Shown: piece after piece, positions 38,482 to 51,800 of the stretch
Layout: the number at the start of each line of letters is the position of its first letter
Position numbering within the stretch: position 1 is the stretch's first letter
Origin: Azolla caroliniana
Taxonomy: Eukaryota; Plantae; Polypodiophyta
Direction: 5' to 3'
Assembly (NCBI GenBank): GCA_043228905.1
Contig: JBHGNT010000012.1
Coordinates: 19,344,001 to 19,408,000 of the forward strand
DNA length: 64,000 bases
Translations under genes and position numbers: made by a program
Notes under the pieces: model-generated
Told to the model about the DNA's origin: nothing
Database searches by the model: none
What the model saw: only the letters and a program-made list of their open reading frames with translations

Positions 38482-41400
38482 TGTCGCGTTGTTACGCGCG
38501 TGCGTATAGAATGAGGCGGGACCACGGGGGTCTTGGACCGAGGAATAACTGACCAGGAGTAGGAGCAAGAAAGACACCGGCCGTGCTTCCACACACACAC
38601 ACAGAGATACACAGAAACCGCAACCGAATGAACAACGGAAACGAGACGAATGCGTATATGTATATATATATTCTGATGAAAAAGCAGTTACAACCGGCAG
38701 GCCGGTGAGCGAGAAATCTCCTATGCCTATGCACACACACACACAAAAGAGCGAGATGGAGACTCTGCCGGAAGCACTCAGGCGTTCTGCGGAGCAGAGT
38801 CAGCCTCCTGAAAACCTGCACAGAGCAAATACAGAGAAAGACGGAGGAGAAGAGCTCGGTCCCAGTCCGACAACACTTCGTCCTCGACAAAAGCGATCCC
38901 TTTTACGATTCCTCTCCCTCTCTTTTATAGCCCAAGGAGGGAGGCCGTTACAACTTGTTACATCATCTTTATTCTCTGTCCTTTCGGACAAAGATATGCC
39001 TTGATTTCCTACCTATCAAATTCGTGCGACCTAGGATATTCACATCAGTTGACTTGTACATAAATATGTACATTACAACAAAACTTGCGCCCGCGTGTAA
39101 GGGCTGGTTCGTGCACATCAGTCTCCGATTCCGCCTAGGGACAATTTTCTCCACGACATCCACCCCCACCAAACCGCGCATCCACCGATATGCGCCAAAA
39201 TAGACTCTTGCCGGAGAAGACCGGCCCGCACTTACCCTTCGTCCTCCGATCACCATTCACTCCGAACCGGTCGTCCTCGCTATCCAAGTGGTCTGGGTCC
39301 GGTTCATCCTCGTGCCGCTTTTTGAACGCTTTGATCCTTTTCCCAGCCACCGGTACTGCCATCCTCGTCCCGTCAAGCTCCGTGAGATGGTAGGTCTCGT
39401 TGTTGTTGGCGCATCCGTGAGAGGGTAGGTCGGGTGGAGCTCGTCCCGATGTCGGACTATGGAGTGCATCTGACAGCTTTCACAAGCCGTCACGAACCGA
39501 TACACGTCTCGGTATAGTCCCGGCCACCAGTACTTCCCCTTCAGCTTCTCGAATGTGGCCCACGTCCCGCGGTGTTCGGCCCAGGGATTCTCATGGTACA
39601 CCGTCAGCAGTTCCACCTGTTCCTCTTTCTTTGCCACAACTTGGAGCGGGATGCCGTTTCTCTTCTTCGGGTGCTTCCATATGCACCTATCTTGTAGGAA
39701 GAATCGGTACGCTTTCTTCCGAATTCGGTTGGTCTCTTCCTTCGTCCACACCATGTTCTGTGTCATTGTCATCAGGAACCCGTCGATCTGGAGCCACTCC
39801 CCGTCGTACTTGCTCTCGTCGAACTCGTTAAGCGCCAGAGTGCTCCCCTTGTTGTTACGTAAGCCTTCTCGAAGAAGTCCACGCCGACTTCTTCATCCTC
39901 CGAAACCATGCCATCCTCATCATTGAATCTCGCCCTCGAAAGCATGTTAGCCATGGCGTTGTCTTTTCTAGAAATGTGTCGTATTTCCGGATTCACGGAC
40001 TTGATGTACATTATCCACCTGAACATTGCCAGGTCCGGCGTCTCGCATCTGGAAACCATACCAAGAATCAGCAGGCAGACCGTGTCAATTATCACCTCCG
40101 TCCCGATCAGGTAGTCTTTGTCGGCCTTGACCACCGAAATGATACCCCAGAGTTCGCGTTTAACCTGGGCGTACCCTAGTTGTCGAACCGGATGGGGAAC
40201 CTCGTGCCATTCTCATCCTCTTGGTTGATCACCCATCCGATTCCGGTCGGACTCGTGTATACGGTCACGTAAATCGGAATGTCTTTACTGTAGACCGCTT
40301 TTTGGAGTGTCGGCGCCGCAACAAGTGCTTCTTTCATTTTTCGGAACGACTCCGTATGCTCGTCTCTCCACTCGAATTTACGCCCTTTCTTTAGCAATCC
40401 ATAGAGCGGCTCCGGGACGTGGGCGTAATGCGGGATCCAGATATGGTAGAACGTGCATGCTCCCAAGAATCTCCGGACTTCCGTGACCGAATTGCAGTCG
40501 CGCTTCATCGCGGAGATTGCCTCTACCTTGGCCGGCGATGGTTTCCGACCGAATGATCCGCATAGGTGTCCGACGACCATGATCTCCGATTGCCCGAAGG
40601 CCGATTTTTCCCCGAAGAAGGTGAGCCTCGCGCCTTCTAGTGTTTGCAACACCTTCTTGTAGTCATCGATGTGGTCCGCCATGAATTTCCGACATCCGTC
40701 CGGTCCGATTGTCTCGTCCTTATCCTCCACCGGGCATCCTTTGATCAGGATGTCATCTAAGAATGGCATGGTGATGTCCGGGATACAATCCCTTAGCACT
40801 TTGTTCATTGCATTCACCATGTGGGCTACCGAGTTCGTCCCTCCTTGCGGAAGGGTACACATCCGTACTAGGCCGAGAGGAGTCCGCATCGTCGTAATGT
40901 CCCTGCTCTCCACGGATAGCTAGAACTGATCGTATCCTGAGTACAGATCACCGACTGAGTAAATTGACCTTCTGACGAAGGCCTCCACGAACTTGTCTAT
41001 GGTCGGTCCGATTCCTGTGTTCCGAATGGTCAGCTTGTTGACCGGTTGCAGGTCCTGAATGAAGTGCAACGTGCCGTTCTTCTTGGGCACGGTAAACCAC
41101 AGATTAGAATACAGGGCACTCGACGGTTCGAGGATGCCCATATCCACCTTCTGTTTCAGCAGCTCCATCAACTTCGGGATGTGAGCTCTAGGTACTGGAA
41201 TCAGTTTGAGATTCCACGGTACATGCGGTACCATGAAGATCACCATTGGTTCCACAATCGTCGGGTCTACGCACCCGATCTCCTCCGACGAGAATGCGAA
41301 GGCCTTTTCATGCTTCCCGAGCATTCTCCGAAACCGGTCCTCCTTTGGCGGCAGTAGAAAGCCACCCCCACCGACCTTGAGCTCTCGTAGTGTTATGTCA

Positions 41401-42944
41401 GTGAATCGGTGTCCTATGCCAACAGGATCTTGTAAACTTGGGTTTGACGCGACCCCCTTCATCCGTAACTCGCTGCCCTCCGACAAGGGTGCCGCGATTG
41501 GCCTCACCTACCGGTCCACAGTCTTGTACTTCGTATCCACTTGGGCCGTCCGATCCGACTCGAGTCCTCTACCGAAGTCGGCGATGACTTCATACATCAT
41601 TTCCGACCATACCGGAATTGTCCGGTCTTTACTAAGGCCCTCTCCGAACACCTTTCGTAACTTCCCCAAGGTGTCGTCAAGAGAGACCGCCTCTTCGCAT
41701 GCCCTGAGTCGCTCTTCTGCCCGCTTCTTCTCCCGGCCAACGACGTTGGCTATCGTACAACCTCCGTTGTTGGAGAACCAAAACTTCCTACCTATGTTAC
41801 AGGTTCTTCTGCCTACTCTACATGTGTGGGGTTTTTCCGGATTGTCCGGACTATTGCGTCCCCACGCCTTGATAGCCCTCTCTAAAAATCCCCTCGACTT
41901 TCGCCGCCGAGGGTCTCGCGGTTACGCTCGTGGTTCGGTCATACCGTCAGAAACTGAACGGAGTGATGCCCATCCTGGCTTTTGACTCGGGCATACGCCG
42001 AACCGTTGTCCATCACCTTTGTCTCCATGCGTGCTGCCGTGATATACGGTTCTCCGAGGACATCTCCTGCACGAAGAAGTGTTGATCGATCTCGACATCG
42101 CCGATTTTGACTCGTACATTCGGGCAGGCTCCGTGTAGCTCCTCTGTGGTGCGCATTGTTGCCCGTATCTTCCACCCATGCTTGGTGTTGATTGGCCACT
42201 TTCCTTTCTTATAGAAGTCCATGGACATCAAGTTGATCTCCGAACCGTGGTCTGCCAACGCCATCACCGGCTCCTGGATGTCCCCGATCCGAACAGGGGT
42301 TTCCGTAGTGGCCCTAGCCCAATGTAGCCTCGAGTAATGGCTTTCCGCCAACTCGTCCTCCAGGGCCATGTCTTCTAGGTGCGTCGTTCGCACCTCCACT
42401 GGCTTCCCCGGCTCCGGCACCGTCGAAAGCCTTTTTTGCTTCACCAAGTCTATGATGGAGTCGTGGAACTCCTTCTTGGCGATACCGAGCACTTCCCTCA
42501 GCGACAACTCCACTTTGCTGTCGAGGATCCATTCCTCCAGGACCTTTCGTAGGTCCGTGGTCCTTTCGATCTCTGTGCTCAACCGGTAACCGGCCTTCCT
42601 GGCCTTGTCCGGTGCACCGGATGCACCGTCATCATTCTGCTTCAGCCCGAACTGGGTCTCATACCGTTGTGAGGGTCCATACCCCCCGGTCTGCTTCCTC
42701 TTTCCTTAGCCGTACGTCGGCTAGGCCTTCTAGCATCAACGGCCAGAACTCGGAGTCCTTCGTTTTTTGGACTTCATCACTCCCAACCCGGATTCCTACC
42801 AACGCCAAGTAGTGGATGGTCTCCGCGTGGCAAGCCGCCGCTTCCTCCATCAGCCGTTTCATCCCCCCTCGTTCGACGTTTAGATCCAGGGCCCTCTGGG
42901 TTTCGCTAGTGTGTATCAGCCCGTTCCATAGGTACACCACGTTG
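38482..42944 (-). mobile_element. Gypsy 'G1' 3' portion (3' LTR 38482-39158, deleted INT, RH, RT, PR)
   Basis: LTR TGTCG..CGACA; PPT at 39159-39170; RT LPQGGTNSVAH..MPFLDD; protease ALADHGSEINLM; integrase core deleted near 39420. Confidence 0.9.
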
Positions 42945-45900
42945 GGACCAAGCCCTTCTCCTCTGCCACTCTCCATAGCCATTTTTGCGCAGGTTTTCGG
43001 GAGGCTGACTCTGCTCCGTGGAACGCCCGAGTGCTTCCGGCAGAGTCTCCATCTTGCTCTTCTGTGTGTGAGTGAACAGGCGTCGGTGTTCGCCTTGCCG
43101 GCCTGTTAGTTGTAACCGTCTTGATATATATATACATATTTATATACATGCGTGTTCATATACTCGGACTTCTAGTCGTCTCGTTTTGCTGTGTTGTTGG
43201 ACTGTGATTCCTGTGTGCTCCCGTGTCTATGCGTGTGCAAGTGCGTCCGTTGCCTTTTTGCTCTCCTCCTTCTCAGCTATTTCTCGGTCCAAGACTCCGG
43301 TGGTCCCGCCTCGTTCTCCACGCACGCGCGTAACAACGCGACGTATTTGGTGAACCCGATGTGAAACGGGTGGCAGAGGGATAGAAAGATGAGGGGGTCG
43401 GATCTCACGGAAGCCATGGCTTCGGTTGTGGATCGGATAGTGAGTGTGCGCGAAGGCGCAGGCGCCCTCGATAAGGCTATTGAAGCGGTCGTCGGCACGA
43501 TAGGCCGGTTCGGTGGGAAGGACACCACGAGCTATTTGGAGGCCTACCGGGCCGAGATGGTAATGAGAGACATTCCGGAAGAAAGGCAACTAACCGGATT
43601 CCCTCGGGTGGCGATGCCGGGCATCCATGCGGAGGTGCTCGAGGTACGGGCTGAGAGCCGAATCTGGGAAGAGTTTGAAGGTCGGCTCCTCGAAAAGTAC
43701 GGGCTTGATGACGCGCTTCGTCTCTTGAAACGGGACTTCTTCGTGTAGGAGACGTCCTCACATCCGGTTATACTAGGAGAACCATACATCACGACGGCAC
43801 AGATGGAGACCAAGGTGCTGGACAACGATTCGGCCTATGCAAGAGTCAAGAGCCAGGATGGGCGTGACTTGGTCCAGTTCCTGACGGTGTGACCAAACCA
43901 TGAGCGTAAGCGCGAGACCCTCGGTGGCGAAACCCGAGGGGATTTTTAGAGAGGGCTATCAAGGTGTGGGGCCGCGTGTACAGTAGGGAAGAAGACCTGT
44001 ACCATAGGTAGGAAATTTTGGTTCTCCGACAGCGGGGGTTGTACGATTGTCGGCGTCGTTGGCCGGGAGAAGAAGAGGGCGGAGGAGCGACTTCGGGCAT
44101 GCAGAGTCCTCGGCTTTGGAGAGGAAATCAACGGAGGCGTGGAGGTGGTCTCCTTCGACGAAACCTTGGGACAGTTACGAGAGGTGGTCGGAGGAGGCCT
44201 TAAAGAGGACGGACGATTCCGGTATGTTCGGAAGGGATGTACGAAGTCATCGCCGACTTCCGTAACGGGCTCGAGTCGGATCGGACGGCCCGGGTGCACA
44301 CAAAGTACAAGACTGTGGACCAGAAGGTGAGGCCAGTAGCGGCACCCTTGCCGGAGGGCAGCGAGTTACGAGTAAAGGGGGGTGCGTCGGACCCGAGTTT
44401 ACGAGATCCGGCTAGCATAAGACACACGTTCACCGATATAACGCTACGAGAGCTCAAGATCGGTGGGGGTGGCTTTCTATTGCCGGCGGGAGAGGACCGG
44501 TTTCACAGAATGCTCGGGAAGCACGGGAAGGCTTTCGCATTCTCATCGGAGGAGATCGGGTGCGTAGATCCGACAGTAGTGGAACCGATGGTGATCTTCA
44601 CGGTACCGCATGTGCCGTGGAACCTCAAACTGATTTTGGTACCTAGAGCTCACATCCCAAAGCTAATGGAGCTGTTGAAACTAAAGGTCGAGATGGGCAT
44701 CCTTGAACCGTCGAGTGCCCCGTACTCGCATCGGTGGTTTACCGTGCCAAAGAAGAACGACACGTTACGTTTTATTCAAGACCTGCAACTGGTCAACAAG
44801 GTGACCATTCGGAACACAGGAATCGGACCGACCATAGACGAGTTCGTGGAGGCCTTCGCCGGAAGGTCGATTTACTCTGTCGGTGATCTGTACTCGGGGT
44901 ATGATTAGTTCCAACTAGCCGTGGAGAGCAGAGACATTACGAAGATGCAGACTCCTCTCGGCCTAGCGCGGATGTGTACCCTACCACAAGGAGGGACGAA
45001 CTCGGTGGCTCACATGGTGAACGCGATGAACAAAGTGCTCAGGGATTGTATCCCGGACATCACCATGCCATTCTTAGACAACATCCCGATCAGGGGATGC
45101 CTGGTGGAGGAAAAGGACAAGACAATCGGACCGGACAGATGTCGGAATTTCATGGCGACTCACATCGATGACTGCGAGAAGTTGCTACAGAGACTAGAAG
45201 GCGTGAGGCTCACCTTCTCCGGGGAAAAATCGGCCTTCGGGCAATCAGAGATCATGGTCGTCGAGCACCTATGCGTACCATACGGTCGGAAATCGTCTCC
45301 GGCCAAGGTGGAAGCCATCCCCGCGATGAAGCATGACTGCAATTCGGTTACGGAGGTTCGGAGATTCTTGGGAGCATGCGTGTTCTACCATATCTGGATC
45401 CCGCATTACGCCCACGTCGCGGAGCTACTGTAAGGGCGTAAATTCGAGTGGGGAGATGAGCATACAGAGTTAGTCCGAAAGATGAAGGAAGCTCTTGCGA
45501 TGGCACCGACACTCCGAAAGGCTGTCTACGGCAAAGACACTCTGATTTACGTAACCATAGACACGAGTGTGACCGGGATCGGATGGGTGATCAACCAAGA
45601 CGATGACGTTGGCATGAGGTTCCCCGTCCGATTTGGCGCGAAGGTACTCAGTGAGCGACAGCGAGGATACGCCCAGGTTAAACGCGAACTCTGGGGTATT
45701 GTTTCGGCGGTGAAGGCCGATAAAGACTACCTCATCGGGACAGAGGTAATAATCGAGATGGACTGCCTACCGATTCTCGGCATGGTTTCCGAATGCGCGA
45801 CGCCAGATTTGGCAATGCTCAGGTGGATAGCGTACATCAAGTCCCTGAATCCGAAGATATGACACATTTCCAGAAAAGACAATGCCATGGCCGACATGCT

Positions 45901-48115
45901 CTCAAGGGCGAGGTTCGAAAACGAGGACGGCATGGTTTCGGAGGACGAGGAAGTCGGCGAAGATTTCTTCGAGGCGGCATACGTGACAACCAGAAAGGGG
46001 AGCACTCCGGCGCTTAACGAATTCGACGAGAGCAAGTATGACGGGGAGTGGCTCCAGATCGGTGGGCTCCTGAAAACAATGACACCGGATGCAGCTTGGA
46101 CAAAGGAAGAGACCAACCGGATCCGGAAGAAAGCGTACCGATTCTCCCTTCGGGACAGGAACATATGGAAGCACCCGAAGAAGAGGGACGACATCCTGCT
46201 CCGAGTGGTGGCGAAGAAGGAGGAACAGGAGGAGTTGCTGGAGGCCTACCACGAGAGTCCTTGGGCCGGACACCGCAGAATGTGGGCCACGTTCGAGAAG
46301 CTAAAGGGGAAGTACTGGTGGTTGGGACTGTACCGGGACGTGCATCGGTTCGTGACGACTTGCGAAAGTTGTCAAATGCACTCCATAGTCCGACACCGGG
46401 ACGAGCTTCACCTGACCTACCCTCCGACCGTCCACTTCAAATGGATGGTGGATTTGGCTCGGGAGGATTTGACAAACCAGGTTGAAGGCCGAGCTCTGTA
46501 GAACAAAATGACTGCGGCTCTGTGCCGGTTTCTGATTGAGGACGTGATATGTTGGTACGGGAGCGTAGGAAAGATCGTGGCTGACCGCGGAGAGTTGGAC
46601 GCGCAAGAGGTTGAAGAGCTGTTTGACCGACTAGGGATCAAACTCTCGCTCACCATAGCGTATAATCCGGAGGCTAACGGGATGGTGGAGCGCGGACACG
46701 GGCCGATCGTCAAAGTGCTAGTACGAGCGTGTGAAGGCCAAGTTCGGAACTGGCCGCGATTGTTACCTTATGCCTTGTGGGCAGACCGAACTACGCATAG
46801 TTCAGTAACAGGGTTCATGCCGGCAGAGCTTATGTACGGACAGAGACCGATCATGCCAACAGAGCGAACCATCTCCTCATGGGCCACGGTGGACTGGAGA
46901 GATGAGATGAGCTGGGAGGAGCTGCTAGCGGCACGGATTCGACAGCTCGAGCGAAGGTCGGAGGACGTGGAACGAGCCGCGGAGAAGCTTCGATTGGCAA
47001 GGTTGAAGAACAAAGGGTGGTTTGACCGGACTCACCGATTGCGACCGAAGAAAATCGAGGAAGGCGACTAGGTCCTAGTGTATGACAACAGCCTCGACAA
47101 CCAACACAGGGCAACGCGGAAGTTTGCAAGGAGGTGGTTCGGGCCTTACGTGGTGACAAGCGCCAACGACAACGAGACCTACCATCTTGCGGAGCTCGAC
47201 GGTATGATGATGGCAATACCGGTAGCAGGGAAGAGGGTCAAAGCGTTTAAGAAATTACACAAGTACGAGCCGAATCTGGAAAGCATGGACGACGACGACG
47301 AGCGGTCCGAGGCGGATGACGATACAGAAGACGAGGAGTAAAGCATGGACCAGTTTTCTCTAGCAAGAGCCCAATTTTGGCGCATATCGGTGGATGCGCG
47401 GTTAGGTGGGGGCGGATGTCGTGAAGAAAACCGTCCCTAAGGCGGAAAACGAGTTTAATGTGTGTAAACCGGCCCTTACACGCGAGCACACTTTTCGTTG
47501 TATAGTAAGTAGGTAGGTACAAGTTGGCTGAGGTGAAATCCTAGGTAGCACGCATTCAATAGGGAGAGAATCGAGGTGTATCTCTGTCTGAAAGGACAGA
47601 GAATTAATATGATGTAACGGATGATAACGGCCTCCCTCCTTGGGCTATAAAAGGGAGGGAGAGGAATGGAAAGGGTATCGCGCGTTAGAGAGGACGAAGT
47701 GCTGCCGGACTAGGACCAAGCCCTTCTCCTCTGCCACTCTCCATAGCCATTTTTGCGCAGGTTTTCGGGAGGCTGACTCTGCTCCGTGGAACGTCCGTGT
47801 GCTTCTGGCAGAGTCTCCATCTCGCTCTTTTGTGTGTGAGTGAACAGGCGTCGGTGTTCGCCTTGCCGGTCTGTTAGTTGTAACCGTCTTGATATATATA
47901 TATATACATATTTATATACATGCGTGTTCATATACTCGGACTTCTAGTCGTCTCGTTTTGCTGTGTTGTTGGACTGTGATTCCTGTGTGCTCCCGTGTCT
48001 ATGCGTGTGCAAGTGCGTCCGTTGCCTTTCTGCTCTCCTCCTTCTCAGCTATTTCTCGGTCCAAGACTCCGGTGGTCCCGCCTCGTTCTTCACGCATGCG
48101 CGTAACAACGCGACA
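42945..48115 (+). mobile_element. Gypsy 'G2' (sister family of G1) nested antisense; 5' LTR truncated, 3' LTR 47417-48115
   Basis: Partial 5' LTR 42945-43343 matches the 3' LTR; PBS TGGTGAACCCGATGTGAA at 43348; gag from 43389 (deletion near 43745); RT 44237-45433, RH, INT 45887-47341; PPT GGTGGGGGCGGA. Confidence 0.9.
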
Positions 48116-48809
48116 CCGTATTTCTCAAGAAGCCGACCTTCAAACTCTTCCCAGGTCCGACCCTTAGCCCGTACCTCGAGCACCTTCGCGTGGATGCCCG
48201 ACATCGCCACCCGAGGGAATCCGGCCAGTCGCCTGTCTTCCGGAATGTCCCTCATCACCATTTCGGCTCGGTAGGCCTCCACGTAGCTCGTGCCGTCCTT
48301 TCCACTGAACCGGCCTATCGTGCCGACGATTGCTTCAATAGCCCTATCGAGGGCGCTTGTGCCTTCACGCACACTCACTAATCGATCTACAGCTGAAGAC
48401 ATGGCTTTTGCAAGCTCTGTTCCCCTCATCTTTTCTATTCCTCTGCCGCCTATTCACGTCAGGTTCACCAAATATGTCTCCTTGTTACGCGCGTGCGTAT
48501 AGAACGAGGCGGGACCACGGGGGACTTGGACCAAGCAATAACCGACCAGGAGTAGGAGCAAGAAAGACAACGGTCGTTGTCGGGGTAGTTGTGATTCGTG
48601 CAGCGAAGTCGCGGGGACTAAGGTTAAGGGGAGTTGAAGAAACTTAAGTTTTAATAAGGCTTGTATGGTGATGATAGAATGGTTAAGGATAGTAAGACGA
48701 AGAATTACGAGTAATGTGTGTGTGTGTGAGAGATAGATAGATAGATAGATAGATTATATTATCGTCTTCGGAGATCAAATATGACCTATGAGACCAAAAA
48801 TATTACATT

Positions 48810-51800
48810 TCACGTGATACGTGTGAAAGTTAGTAGTGACTCTCGATGTTCAAGAACTTTACCAATGAATGTTGCAATCGAGAGTGCACATTGTGGTTGT
48901 GAGAGGAATTCATGCAAAGATTGGGCTCGATCGAAGAGATGTGGAAAGCATGGTCGAATATGATCAAAGGCAGAGCATTGTATCAAAGTGTGATACTCAG
49001 ACTCGCGAACTTGTTTAGGGCAAAGTGTGCATAGCCGACCACTCTCATCACTTGTACCCCAACGCCCTGTTTCACATCGCAATGCATGTGAGCTAAGTCG
49101 CATGGAAGCAATGGTTCGAATGGCAGATAACAGTATGGGCTCTAACATGTATGGATGTGTACGATTTCCCCGTTCCGCAAAGAATATGGTTTTGTAGTTA
49201 GGTGCAACATGTGTAGTATAATGTGTGAAGCGTGAGCCTCCACATTTGTCCCATGTCATGATACATTGGTGTTGCAAAAATGCCTCATTTACAGAGGAAT
49301 CTAATGATGCATCATGAAGCAAGTGTCTCGCATCCCATCTACCAAACCATTTTTCTATATCTTGCATCCAACCGGAACACAAAATTTTGCTTTTATGCGT
49401 CTTTTGGATCTTTTTGCTTGCTTCCCACGCAATTCTAGGAAGTCGATGTGAGGGACTTTTTTGAACCTTAAGCATGTATTCAACAACCCTTTCCATGGCC
49501 ATGATCTCAATGGGAAGCGATCCCGTCTCAAGGAGGAGGAGGGTGTAGGGTGTTTGTTTCTTAACTTGTAGAAACTTGGTAAGAAAATGCTTTTGGACAT
49601 TTTCAAACTCTTTCCACATAGACTTAGGGATGCTACCGCCCCATACTTCCACCCCATAGAGAAGAACTGGTGTCACCAAAGTGTCAAAAAGATATTTCTT
49701 GAGGACCCAACACTTAATATCTCCAAGCTTGCATGTGTTCTCAAATGCATAGTATGCTCGTTTGCCCGCCTCTAAGCGGCGTGTAGCACATTCATTCCAT
49801 CTATGATTTGAAGGAACTTCAAGGCCAAGATATTTGAAGCTTTCCACACATTCAAGTGGCTCATTGTTGTACATAATGCATGGTTTATCTCTTTTTTGGC
49901 TCTTCACAAGCATAATCTTTGTTTTAGAGCTATTGACACTTAATTTAGTATGCATGCAAAATTTTTCCAATGCCTTCATAAGCTTTTGTGCATCTCCTAA
50001 AGTATTTGCAAAAAGCACTACGTCATCTGCATATAGCAAAAGCATAATCACAACATTCCCAATGGCAACTTCTTCAACACATTCTTCCTTTGCAAACTTG
50101 GTAACCATTTCTTCCAATTCATCAATGCATAGACCAAATAGTGTTGGTGAGAGTGGGCATCCTTGCTTAACACCAATAGTGCTTTTGAAAAAATCTGAAA
50201 GTTTATCTCTCATGCGCACACAACATATAACCTTCTCATAAATTCGGGAAATTGCAAGCATATATTCACTTGGCACCTCAAGTTCTTCCATTCGCCTCCA
50301 AAGATGCTCACGAGGTACCATATCAAAAGCTTTCTTGAAGTCTACAAAGCAACAATATAAACCTTTACCTCTAAGGCGACTTTCCTCCATTAATACTCGA
50401 AGGGTGATAAGGTGATCAATGGTGCTATGGTGTTTCCGAAAGCCAGCTTGTCCATAAGCTCTCTTACCACTTTTTTCAGCCCATACACTTATCTTTGATT
50501 CCATTATACATCTAAATAGTTTTGCCATTAATGAGCCAACCATGATGGTTCGATAGTTATTTACATTATTTATATCTCCACCTTTATGTAAAGGTTTGAT
50601 CCAATTTGTAGTCCAATCGTACGGCATACCATGTTGCAATGCATCATTAAACATATCGCTTATCCATATATGTGCTTCCTTTCCCGTCCATTTGAGCATT
50701 TCAGCCTTTATACATTGAAGATCGCTTGCCTTTCGGGAGGCCAATTTCTTAAGTCCTATGCATATATCTTCAATTGTAAAGAAGGAAGGCATATGTGAAA
50801 GAGAACCATAACACATCATCTTTCCGGCAAGAGATAACTCATATAAATTCTTACAATGCATAGACAAGTCGTGAAGAGTTAAGTCACCATAACTCTCAAC
50901 ACGTTTTCCCTTTAGATTTCCCCAAAATTTAGCACATGCATGTGCTTTCTCTTGCGTTTGGTTAAATTGTTGAGTAACTTCCCATATTCTTCTCTTTCTT
51001 TGAATAAGCCTTTTATACTCATGCAAATGCTTTTGGTAATTCTCTTTATCCTTAACTACATCCAAAACCATAAGGCACTTTCGAGCTTCACGACATTCTT
51101 TATCAAACCATTTTTTCCTAAGTTTCTTGGTGCATTTCCAAGATGTGCGGTTGGTCGAAAAACATTTGTTTGTACATGAGAGAATGACTTTCTTGAAAGC
51201 TTCCCATTTGCATTCTAGTGTGGCACCATGTTGTATCTTTGTCATTTGTAACATATCCTCAACCATCTTGGAATACATGGGTGCTCGCTTAAGGTTCATG
51301 CTCAAGTGCGGTTGTTTATTATCTTCAATAGCCTTCTCACAATCAAACCTATGCATACATTTGAGATCAATACATAAAGGCCTATGATCTGATTCTAGTG
51401 TCCATTCACCAAGTGAGAATTTATGTATACGATCCAAAATACCTTCGGAAAGTAGCACATAATCAATCACACTATTTCCGTTGTATTTTCTACATGTAAA
51501 ACCATTAGTGTTGGGCCATAAGGAAATACCATTTGCAATAAGCAATCCGGTACTATTGCACATTTGTAGGAGTAACTTCCCAAATTGGTCCGGATCTTTT
51601 TCATCGCTAGAAGAGCGGTTATACATTTGCATATCCTCTTGCACCCTTGAGATATATGGCATGAAAGATTCTTGTGAATCAAGTTGGAAACTTCTTGTAC
51701 GAGCATTCATGTTACCAAAGACAATAACTTCCCCTTTGGATTTGAAATAAGCAATATCATCTTCTAGATTGGCAAACGGTTGATCTTTATCCAAACAAGC

